A stretch of 64,000 nt of DNA, taken from positions 39,494,001 to 39,558,000 of the forward strand of contig CM114271.1 of NCBI GenBank assembly GCA_050084515.1, written 5' to 3'. Below the pieces are notes generated by a model. It had not been told where the DNA came from and made no database searches. It saw only the letters and a program-made list of their open reading frames with translations. Shown in pieces: positions 53,500 to 64,000 of this stretch. The stretch comes from Blasia pusilla. Its lineage: Eukaryota. Both the position numbers and the translations under genes were made by a program. The stretch's first letter is position 1, and every line of letters begins with the position of its first letter.

Positions 53500-54300
53500 T
53501 GGCTCAGAGAGAGCGCATTGTGCGACATGCCCATGAGGAGTTGGAACATTTTGGGGTAAAGCGTACGTATAGCTTACTCCTTGGCCAGTATTGGTGGCGT
53601 GGCATGCATACTCAGTCAGCAGATTGGTGTCACGTTGTATGGTTTGTGACCGGGTGAGGGCATCATTTAATGCCCCTACACCACAATTACACCCCTTGCC
53701 TATTATAGGGTTGGGTTACCGTTGGAGTGTGGACTTTGCGGGACCGTTACCATTGACTGTACGACATCATCGATATGTGTTGGTGATGGTGGAGCACTTC
53801 TCCAAGTGGATTGAGTTGGTGGCATTACCGGACAAGGCAAGTGAGGGAACGGCGTATGCGTTTCTGGATAGAGTGCTTAGTCATTTTGGTGCACCGGTGA
53901 AGTCTTGACCGACCAGGGTACAAAGTTTCAGGGTGAGTTTCGTCTTGTGTGATAAGGCATTGATTGATCATCGGACCACGTCTTGAGATCATCCCAGGCG
54001 GATGGTTTGGGTGGCGTGTGGTTCGAGGCGGTGAAGAGGGCATTGCGCAAGTATGGCCTCTGAAGGGACATCTTGGAGACTAGGATATTCGATTTGCCAT
54101 GGTTAGCCATAGGGTATAGGTTCGATCGCCAAGCATCCTTGGCTTCCTTCTCACCTTATTTTTCATTATACGGCGAGATCCGGACTTGCCAAAGCAATTT
54201 GTCGGGAGTCTAGTGAGGTGGTGGACCTTGATGACCCCAGAGATGTGGATGAGGGTGTGTTCTCTCGTAGGCGGAGCTCTTTCGGAGAGTTATGCCAATG
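53500..54300 (+). pseudogene. Gypsy integrase (HHCC + catalytic core)
   Basis: HAHEELEHFGVKRT...CMVC; RWSVDFAGPLP, YVLVMVEHFSKW, LTDQG. Confidence 0.92.
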
Positions 54301-54627
54301 GCCTTTGAGAATCTTGCCATTGCTCAACACAGGGATACGTTGCGGTATGCAACCATTCGGGTGGAGGTTATCGACCATCGATTCAGAGGTTCCATGTGGG
54401 GACTATGTCTATTTATTTGCGCAGATTGCCCCGACAATGTTGGATGTGACGGCAGCCGCACTATTTTACGAAAGTGCGTGAGGTGTTAGCTTCGGAGTTC
54501 TCATGTTGGAGGGTCGTGATGGAGTTATTTGGAAGGACCATGTGCGTAATTGTGCGCCATGTCATCTTCCAAATGTGGATGGTGTCTTGTTGATCCAAGC
54601 TTAGCCATGATACGTGCTAGCTTGAGG

Positions 54628-54769
54628 TGCATGTTGTGTGGGTCTGCGGGTAACGCGGCCCGTATGTTGGTGTGTGATCGGTGTTCTAGGGGTTGGCACA
54701 TGATGTGTTTGACTCCACGTTTGGATGTTGTTCCTCTTTGGAAGGTGGGTTTGTCCTCGATGTACTTAG
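54628..54769 (+). pseudogene. PHD finger at the pol C-terminus
   Basis: CMLC...MLVCDRCSRGWHMMCLTPRLDVVP../WVCPRCT* gives C4HC3 spacing with one frameshift near 54740. Confidence 0.9.
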
Positions 54770-54938
54770 GAGAAGTAGATGACTTGATCTTTGCATGATA
54801 TGGATTACAGATGTGCGACTAATGATGGGGCAACCTAGCACCCGGCCTTCGATTCGGGCACCCAAGAAGGTGTATAGCATGTAGTAGATGTATAGGCTAC
54901 CGGGAGTTAGAGGACCTAACCGCTTGATTAGGGGGCGA

Positions 54939-55522
54939 GTTGTGGTACACTTGCGTTTGTGGATACTCGTCTATGTTATGTATGTATGTGAGTATGGTAT
55001 GTCGATGTATGTTGTATGACGATGGGGATTCGTGACGGACAATTTGTCATGACCATACGGATTATGTCGAGAGTATAGTCTTTGGTAGAGGCCATTCCTT
55101 ATGTAGGACCGTAGTGGCTTGGTAGAGATGCGGTTCCATACATAGGGTTGGGGGTTACTCACTTGGGGGTGACTTTCCCAGTAGGGCTACCAACCGCTCT
55201 TAGGTTGGAGGATATAAGGTGGCTTGCCCTCAAAGAACAGTCAGTTCTTTGAGTTGAGCCTGTTGCGTTGGGAGTTAGCCTTGGTAGTGAGTAGAGCTCT
55301 TGGCTATGGTGTTTCCCGCAAGCTTCGACCTAGATTTTCCCATCGTGGAGTGGGTTTGGCTCGATTGTATGTGATTGTAAACGTGTTTTATGACAGTAGG
55401 TCTTTCACGGATTTCAGTTGTGGTACACTTGCGTTTGTGGATACTCTCGTCTGTGTTATGTATGTATGTGAGTATGGTATGTCAGCGATGTATATTGTAT
55501 GACGATGGGGATTCGCACGACA
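54939..55522 (+). repeat. Gypsy 3' terminal repeats B1 (54939-55041), A2 (55045-55416), B2 (55417-55522)
   Basis: gttgtggtacacttgcgtttgtggatact...gacgatggggattcg..gaca occurs both before and after the second A copy. Confidence 0.92.
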
Positions 55523-56600
55523 TGCACCGTTGGAAGATTGACCGAATCTAAACTTCTATTGAGATGATTCCGTGTGTCTCCAAGATGTACAGAACCTTAG
55601 AGAAGATATAGCAATGGAATCTTGGCTTCGACATTCAAATGAAAATCAGAGCATTGCAAATTATGTGCAATTATACCTAGAGGAAGTGTTCTTTTACCAG
55701 GCTTACAAAAGCAAGGAGTGTCAATTCATATTAGGATTCTGGTTTGAATGGATATGCTTGATGTTAGTTGAGCATGGAAATGGGAACATAATTTGCATGG
55801 ACTCGACATTTGGGACAAACAAGAACAAGGTAAATTCTGCAGGACCTCTCTATGGATCATAGGGGGTGGTCAGGGAGGGAATGTGTTACAATATTGAAGT
55901 CGCAATGTTGTTGATAATTATATCTGGAAATTTGGTACTGTCAATGTCTAATGTTGCAATTGTATTGTGCGTTAAGTTTCCGTTGTGCACCGTCATGGTA
56001 TATGATAAGTTCCACAAAGGGATCCCTGTAGCTAGGGTTTTGAAAAACTCATGCAAAGAGGTGGACATCGCCAATTAAGTGGTTAGAAGAAGGTTGCAAT
56101 TAGTGGGCATAAACAGTCATGCAATGAATGGAACCTGGAGTTGGATGTTCCATCAGTGCCAAGTTGCATAATGACAGACTACTCATTGGCAGAAATAAAT
56201 GCACTCATGTGAGTAAGCTCTGCAGTTTCCACTTGTGAGTATGATGATACATGATGCCTTACTAGACTTTGTAATTGTGTGTGGTTTGCAAAATTTGACA
56301 CAATGTGCATTCTGCCGTGAGCAAGCAAGTATTTAACAAAATCTCGATCATCCTCTACTTGTGGCATGTCCGCCACGATTGGCACAAGCATTTAAGAACA
56401 AAAATCTTGGATTACGCATAACGATGTGAGATTAGCACAAGGTTGGGAAAGATCATGTACACAAAGCCAACTTCGAATGAAGTACTTTCTCATGGCCGGG
56501 ATGTGGGCATGGCTCCATTGGCTTCAACATTAAAATCCTTGGAGGCTCTCTATGTTGACTTCTCTTCGAGACAAACTTTCTGCACTCTTCCCTCCAATAT
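55523..56600 (+). pseudogene. Mutator (MULE) transposase remnant interrupted by the Gypsy insertion
   Basis: IICMDSTFGTNK, FPLCTVMVYDKFHKGIPVA and LWHVRHDWHKHL are MULE DDE-domain motifs; the sequence probably continues left of the Gypsy at ~46040-46119. Confidence 0.8.
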
Positions 56601-58198
56601 ATTTGGAACTGACATTCATTTGCATTGCCTTGGGCATAATGCAAAAGCGTTTAACTATGTATTTCGTGGTGGCTTCCATGGTTGCATGTGGACAAAGTCC
56701 GTGTCCGTGCATCACTCTTGAAAGGGCGATGTATTCCATATAGCAATTTCAATATTCCATCATCGACAATGGCATTGGTGAAAAGACAATCAACGGCAGG
56801 AATTATATATGACGTCTATAATTAGAATACTCTACATGTGATTGCTCTTGGAGTTCGAAGGGAAACATATGTAAACATCAGCTTTCATGACTAGAAAAAT
56901 AGGAAATGGTGATGTTGGACAAATACAAAACCCTGGTGTTGGACAAAAAATTATCACAAGCCATGGCAGCATGGTGAGCAATTGGCCGGAAAATTGTACA
57001 TAGGTCGTGCAAGTCCTTTGCAGAATACAATAGCATCTTAGTCGCTTGTCATGACCCCTTCTGAGTGCTTCGATATTCTTGGACACAGCGACAAGTTCAG
57101 ATACAGGTTCCTTTTCAAGAATGGAAGTAACATCGTCTCCTTTAGAGGCTACGACATCAAACAACGCTAGGTCTTGTGTGACACGGACTGTACATAAGAG
57201 GGTGTTGTATAGATTAGAGATCTAGATACATAAATTCCTATGATAGTAACCATCGTTCTCGGCGCTCTACACCAAAAAAATATCACCTTCCCGAGGATCA
57301 AGGCAATATGTTCCTTTTTTCCAAGCTATGTAGTTCTCGTAGTCTGCGGGGAGTTTAAATGGACGCTTACGACGAAAGTTCGTCCGAGTTGAATGGATTC
57401 CTGAACTGTCAGAGTTCGCATTCTTAAGTTTGTCCATCGGTGTCACTTCACTAGGCGCTTGGTCCATCGTAGGGCGCACAAGGGATATAGAACACCACAT
57501 AAATACAATTAATAACCCAAAACACATAATCCGAACAAGGAGGTAACCTCAACTATCAACTACTCCGAGGTGAAGATATGGTGTGAAGAATGAGGCAACA
57601 ATCTGAGATACGAAACATACAAAGCGCAAGGACATAGAAGGAGATGAAAACAGACAAAACGAAGCACAAATAAACCAAACTAAACTGCATCTAAACGAAC
57701 CTCTGCCAGCGTTCCTCCGCTCGTCCCACCGCTCCACCTCGCGTAGCTCGGATAAACAGCAAGAGACGACGAGGAAACTCACGCTAGAATCACTCCACCT
57801 CGACCATCCCGCAACTTGGATAAACAAGGAATGGATATACCGCAGGAAACAAAGATGAAATGGCCAAAACGGAGCAAATGGGCCTTCGAACTGCCTATAA
57901 AAAGTCAAGGCGTCTTTTAGGCATCCCGCCTAAAACAGGAAAAATTAGGCCGGACCGCAAAAATGCCCGCATTTCATATTCAAAAGCCTCCATGATGCCG
58001 CGGTTGGCATGACCATGTACTATCCCAGGCTATGGCATCATATGCCCGCCATCCCATTCTAAGACCATTCTATGATTCCATGATTGCATCATGGCGACGG
58101 CCATCGGTCCATGGAGAATGCCATGGTTCTGCATCGCATGCAGGACCATGGCGTATTCAACCATGGTTCTGCGTTGCATCGGGACCAGGAATCCGTAA

Positions 58199-58319
58199 GG
58201 ATGGAGAGGATATCCGTCACTGGACGGAGCTATCCCGGGCTGGACACCCGAACCCGTTTGCGCAAGGATGGAGAGGATATGCGTCACTAGACGGAGCTAT
58301 CCAGGGCTGGACACCCGAA
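58199..58319. repeat. 67-bp tandem repeat whose second unit is split by hAT copy 3 (resumes 62621-62644)
   Basis: ggatggagaggatat.cgtcact.gacggagctatcc.gggctggacacccgaa|cccgtttgcgcaagga. Confidence 0.9.
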
Positions 58320-61300
58320 CAATGAACGGGGAGATCCGGGGTTGTGAGTAATGCGAAGGGTCCGAGGGGCCCTTCGGTGGGGTGGAGACCCCACCGCATG
58401 CAAACCAGGCCTCATTCGTGGCCTTTCACTTCCGACTCCCATGACCCAAGTGACTCCAAAGTGTTGCAGCGTTGCTGTTCCATGCCCAAGCTCTGGTTCT
58501 CTATCATTCTCATTTTCGTTTCCTGTGCGACTTCGGAGTCTCGACGCCTCATTTTCGATTCCTGTGCGACTTGAGTCTCTACGCCTCATTTCTTGACTAT
58601 ACTATTCAGTTTGGACTCAGGGTGACGAGCTCTGCTGAAGCTTTTTTTCTCATTTTCTCGGATTGAGGAGTCTCTCGAGCTTGCCTCATGCTCGAAGTGT
58701 TGAGCATGCTTACTCTCGTGGAGCCCAGACAATGGAGTCCATAGACTCGGGCATCCAGCTTGTCTTTGTTGTCTACATTTTGCTTTAGTCTAGGGTCGTG
58801 CCACTTTTGTCTTTCATTGTATTGCCGATGATTTTCTCAAGTAGAGGGACTTCTGTCTTGCAGGGATGCTCATCTTTGTGCTCTTTGTTTCATTTTTCTT
58901 GCATTGTGGCTACTACTCTCTTGCGGCTTTCTCCTCGAGTCTCGTTTGTAGCTTTTGGCTTGCTGTCACTACGGTCCCTCTGTCCCTATCCCACGCGGGA
59001 TTCTGTTGCTTTCATCTTTAGATTCTCGCGTTTGGGGACTTCGGTTTTGCAGGGAGGCTCATTTTCCTGCTCTTCGCTTTGTGTATCTTGCATTGTGTGG
59101 CTACTATCGTCCGGCAACTATCTTGCATTGTGCATATTTTTACTCGAGTCTCTTTTGCAGCTTCTGTCTTTTGTTGTAATTGCGTCCCTCTCCCATACGG
59201 TCACCGCGTTTGTCACTGTCCGTGTATCAGGTCCGTATCAGGTTGGTTTGATTCACTTCATTTTTCTCATCGTCTCTATCTTGCAGATGTGCGATCACAC
59301 AATGGCATCTCTATCTTGCCGCCAACTGCTCATGCGTCTCTATCTGGCTGCCGAGTGCTCATGATCGTAACATTGCTGCCACATTCTCAAGTAGAACTTG
59401 CGATGGCAATTACTCAGCTTTGAGTGTGGCACTTCAGCCGCACCTTTCCCTTGAACCCCTACGGCATCCGATCTTGCAGCTTTTGCTGCTCTGGTCTATG
59501 CCTCACAAGAGCCTGGGTTCCAAGCTTCTGAAATTTCCATGTGTTAGTCCGAAGCTCCTGATGAAATTTCCTTGTGTTAGTCCGAAGCTTCTGATTTACT
59601 TGTATTAAACTCAATTCCCCTCTGGTAGTCTTGTGAGTCGCTTTTCTAAGCTAGTAGAAGGAGATTAGAACTCCCTGTATATAAGAACTTCATTTTTGTA
59701 GTTCTCATGGCCAAACGCCAGAGAACAATGAATGAACTGTTATTCAAGGAGGTTCCCAAGGAACAACGTGACATCATAGCTCTCTCTGGATCATCTGATG
59801 AGAGGGATGACCAAAGCATATTAGGCAGCAATGGATCGATTCCTGAGAAGAATCGTGTAGCTTGGAAAGACGTGTGGTATACTATGTACGATTGGATAAG
59901 TTTTGATCCAGAAAGTGGGAGGATTCATTGTAATGTTTGTAGGAAAGGTAAAGGCAAGAGTGTATTTGCTAGGGATGGTGCTATCAATTGTAAGGTATCG
60001 GCATTCACAGATCATGCAAAGTCAAACGAACACATAAAACTTTCTTGGGCCGCCCATGGAGGTAAGAAGTCTATGGCTAAGGCCATAGCTACATCCAACC
60101 GAACATGTGAGGTTGCTTTGCTGACTTTATTCAGGTCTGCATACTTTCTTGCAAAGGAGGCCTTGCCTTTTTCAAAATTCAAGTCTCTCTGTAAGTTGTT
60201 GCTTGCTGTGAATGCACCTATCACTAGAGACTTGTATCAGCATGAGAAAAGTTATAGTGAGATGTGTTTCTTCATAATCCAAGTTTTGATGAAGAAGACT
60301 CTAGCTAGAGTTCAGGCCTCTCCTTTCTTTGGGATCATGATCGACTAATCTACAGATATATCTGTGACAGGTCATTTAGTGGTATTTGCAACTTTCATTG
60401 AAGAGGGTCAAGCCGAGTGTTGTTTTCTAGGCTTGCTTCATTGTGAATCCAAATGCTCAAATGCTATCACTAACATTCTGTTGGAGTTCATCAAAGATGG
60501 AGGACTAGAACATTAAAAAATGGTAGCATTTGGATCCGATGGTGCCTCTACAATGGTTGGGAGGCAAACCGGGGTTGCTTCACAATTGAAGCAAAAGGTG
60601 AGCCCATATTTTCTTTCGGTGCATTGTGTAGCCCATAGGACGAACCTTGCAGCTTTGACAGCTGCAAGAGCACCTCATTGCAAGGGAATTTTGATAGAAA
60701 TCGATTCTATTCTGAACGCTGTAGCAGGATTTTTCAAAAGGTCTTCCAAGAGGAAAGCCAACTTAGCATCACTTCAAGAAAAGTTGAATGACTCTCAACG
60801 AGTCATGAAGAGGTATTATAAGATCAGATGGTTGAGCCGGTGGCAAGCTGTATGTACTTTGTGTGATTCATTGGAGTCTGTATTGACATATTTTAGGGAT
60901 ATTCCTTTGTCTGAAGATGATGGGAATGCCTCAAATTTATACAACAAGCTAAGATCATTCCAAATGATCTATCAGTTATATTTTCTTGCTGATATTCTTT
61001 CTAGCCTTGCTAACTTGAGTAAAATCTTTCAGTACAAGTTTGTCGATGTTAGCACTATTGGTAGCATTGTTAGCTCTGAGATAGCTTCTATTACCATGAA
61101 TTATGTCCTAGAAAGTCAAGATTTGAATGCATCTACTTTTTCGGAAGAAACAGGTTATCATATCCCACCTGATTTTGGACCCCGTGATGGATATCTAAGA
61201 CGTTTACAGTCTGAAATTAGGGGTAGTAAGTTTCATAGCATTGATATGTTGAGAGACCGCACCGGGAGAGATCTAGAAGCTGCTCTTTTACTTCAAAAGA

Positions 61301-62620
61301 CATATGCTGAAAGTGTATGTTCAGCTTTGCAAGATCGGTTCAGGGATAACAATCTGATTGGTGCAATGAAAATTTTGAACCCTTTACACATGCCCTCCCG
61401 ACAAGTTGGGTTAAGCAGTTGGGGGTGTAAGGACTTGGAAGACTTGTGTGGACATTTTGGATGTGAGTTACCATTGAGGGGAAACTTACAACCATTTGTT
61501 ATAAACCCGGCTGCTGTCAAACAAGAATTTCAATCCTTCAAGTTGATGGCTACTACAGAGTGGAAAGATCGCAATTTCAGGGATCTATGGGCAATGGTGA
61601 GTTGGAGCCCAACTTTACAATGTAAGTTTGCTAATTTGCTTGTCTTGGCAAATGTTGCAAGGGTGCAATGTGTTAGCACTGCCATATGTGAGAGGGCTTT
61701 CTCAATTCAGAATATGTTAAAGACCAAGTCACGTAATAGATTATCTACTAAGCATCTAGATGCTGTTTTGAGGATTGCTCTAGAGGGACCTGTAGATGAC
61801 TTTGATGACATGTTGGCCGACTCTGTAATTTTGTGGAAAACTTTTGCACATTTCAGATACCTGTATGCTAATCCTGATAGGTACATGAATTCTGAAGCTG
61901 ACGTGCAGTTTGATGCCCCATCCCTAGACATGTCCACTTGAAGTGAGTTTGTTTTGTAGGATGTAGAGCCCCTCTAGAATACTTTGGAGCTTTGGATCTC
62001 CCACTATTGTAGAGGGGCAAGATCCTTGGTTCCCAAGTGGTTGGGGAGCATGGCCAGGTTCAACTCCTGCCAAGGATGCAATAGAGTCCACTAGGGGTCC
62101 AAGGAACTGTCTTTCTTCCTTTCTTGCATTAAGCAAAGAAGAGATAGGGAGGAGGGATCTTAGGGACAAGTCATGCTGCTATGATGCTTTCTTGCAACAC
62201 CATGGGCCACTACAGCATGGGCCACTACATAGATGTGAAGGACAAAAATCCTTCCTTTGGCGTTTGGCCATGAGAACTACAAAATTTGTTCTCTTAACTC
62301 CTTCCACACCATAGTGTTTGTGCACAACGAAAAACAAAGGAAGCGGAGAAAAAATCCATGCCCTATCCCCTATCAGAATGAGGCTTGTAAATTTACGGGC
62401 ACAAGTTAAAGCTGCAGGAAATTTTATGCCTCCCGAAGAATGAAGGGGAAATGGCTAACAGAAATTGAAAACAACCAGAAAAATAATCGTCCCACATTTT
62501 GAATTTCGGATCTGAACCGAGTGCTAAAAATAACCCCAATTTTGTTTGGCGTGACGAATTTTTCAAGACCCTAAAATACTTCTACTAAGTCGAATGTTTA
62601 AAAAAACTCCCCGGACCTTG
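58320..62620 (+). mobile_element. hAT DNA transposon (copy 3), complete, with 8-bp TSD
   Basis: TSD CACCCGAA at 58312-58319 and 62621-62628; ends caatgaacggggag... and ...ctccccggaccttg. Confidence 0.96.
59707..61941 (+). pseudogene. hAT (ZNF862-like) transposase, single frame with two premature stops
   Basis: 744-codon frame with TAA at 60346 and 60514; CNVC..H..H finger, GIMID*STD, GSDGAS, HCVAHRTNL, IRWLSR, VSTAICERAFS. Confidence 0.95.
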
Positions 62621-64000
62621 CACCCGAACCCGTTTGCGCAAGGAGGGTCACTTGGCGAAATTAATGCCGGGGCTGTGGTTTTTGACGCGAGGCCAGAGCG
62701 CCTGCCTGCATAGCAGCACGCCATTATTTTGGAGTCTGGATAGCCCTGACGCCCTAGATTGACGCCCCTACGACCGGCTTTCAGACAAGAACTGTTGTCT
62801 ACTGGATAAGAGTGCAGGAGTGAAGAGTCCGCGTCTGCTCTGAGTGCTCAGTGCATTGAGTATTTGAGCAGGTGAGAAACAGTGTGCGTGTTTTAGGGTT
62901 AGGAAAGTGCGTCGGTGTGGTTACGGTGGAACCGATGGATTAAGGATTTTGTGGATGAGCGAGCCCTAGAGCTGTGGGTTTGCAGATGAAGTCCTCGTGC
63001 AACTGGTTTACGATCAGTTCCTGGTGCGTGTGCTGATCCGAGTCCCTGGGATGCGTTGCTAGCAGTTACCTTCTGGTGAGCGACTGGATCCGTTGGCCAT
63101 TTATCGTGTGACGTTTGTGTTTTTGCCGGAATTCTGTGATGTGATGTGTTGCGATGCAAGCTCTGGGGAGGTTTTGTATTTTAGCTTCGCGTTCTAGTGA
63201 GGTGAAGGATTGTAGGCAAAGAGCTGAGGTGATCAAAAGCCGAGTGAAGCTGTTTGTATCCGAGCTTCCGTGCGACAATCTGGTAAGTGGGAGCTGGGAA
63301 CGATGGATCGTGGATGATTCCACTGCAACCCTGTTGTGGCTGCATGAAATCGTGTAGGAAGAGACGAGAGATCTCGTGCTCCTGTGGCGGTGCTAAAAGT
63401 GATGGTGGCGTACAAACGGAAGACGTGTTTCGTATTTCTTATGCAAGGGCTGCTAAGAGGAGCAGGCGTGGTGTTTAAATTATCAAGCCGGTTGTATGAG
63501 GCTGCCTGTTTTATGGATCTCTGCTCTTCCATATCAGAGTGGAGATTAACCCTTGAGAGACGATCGGTGCCATCAGTAGTAAGCTTGCAAGGGAGAGCAC
63601 GGATATGAACATGGACGGTCCGATGGATCGGCCACCGAATCCCTTGAATGCGGAAGGTTCTGTTCTACTTGTGTCCTAAGCGCAAGCTAGATTTCTAGAT
63701 TTGTGAGTACCATGGTAGGACTAGGGAGTGTCTTCTGTTTTGCTGATCACGTACATGACAAACTCACCATATCCACTGTGAATACTTTGGCTTATTCTCT
63801 GGTGAAAAGAATTTGGCTGGATCGTTAGGATACTGGCAGATTCCAAGTCGAGCAACCCCAAGGACGGAAACTGTGATTAGACCCCGATTCTCATGCTACT
63901 TGAATTCTCACTTTCACAATCTTACCCATCTGACACCCTCATTCGTCCCTCGCTCATGAGATTTAAATGGAATTTGGTTCACTCTAGCCAAGAGATGCGA

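Larger units (their letters stand above)
46120..55522 (+). mobile_element. Ty3/Gypsy LTR retrotransposon carrying a C5-methyltransferase and a PHD finger
   Basis: TG..CA ends (tgtcatga.../...gcacgaca), TSD TGCA (46116-46119, 55523-55526), order gag-PR-MTase-RT-RH-IN-PHD, PPT tagggggcgag (54929-54939). Confidence 0.93.

Noticed and set aside
46440-55040. Tyrosine-recombinase (DIRS/Ngaro) identity suggested by split repeats and a methyltransferase
   Set aside because: No YR motifs seen. The element has an HHCC/DDE integrase, protease and TSD, and its MTase is C5 type rather than the DAM-like type found in DIRS.
58798-59364. 188-aa hydrophobic ORF in hAT copy 3
   Set aside because: CT-rich low-complexity leader, GTG start, and no clear protein conservation in copy 2.
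62700-64000. Probable start of another repeat or TE
   Set aside because: No recognisable termini or protein motifs within the window.

Overview
Eukaryotic, transposon-rich window, most likely from a plant with flagellated sperm (fern, lycophyte or bryophyte type; inferred from the ciliary gene). One host gene is recognisable: a multi-exon CFAP100 (DUF4200) gene on the minus strand (25468 to at least 30924, probably ~39239), with a young Ty1/Copia element probably inside a long intron. The rest is TEs: two complete hAT elements with 8-bp TSDs, one with TIRs only, Helitron and Mutator remnants and a Copia gag remnant. The standout is a 9.4-kb Ty3/Gypsy element (46120-55522, 4-bp TSD). Its pol region carries a DNMT3-like C5 cytosine methyltransferase between protease and RT, and a PHD finger after integrase. 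Its terminal repeats are permuted (A-internal-B-A-B) rather than two full LTRs. Many TE frameshifts fall at CAG/CTG sites and may be sequencing artefacts. All protein calls are motif recognition by eye; no database search was run.
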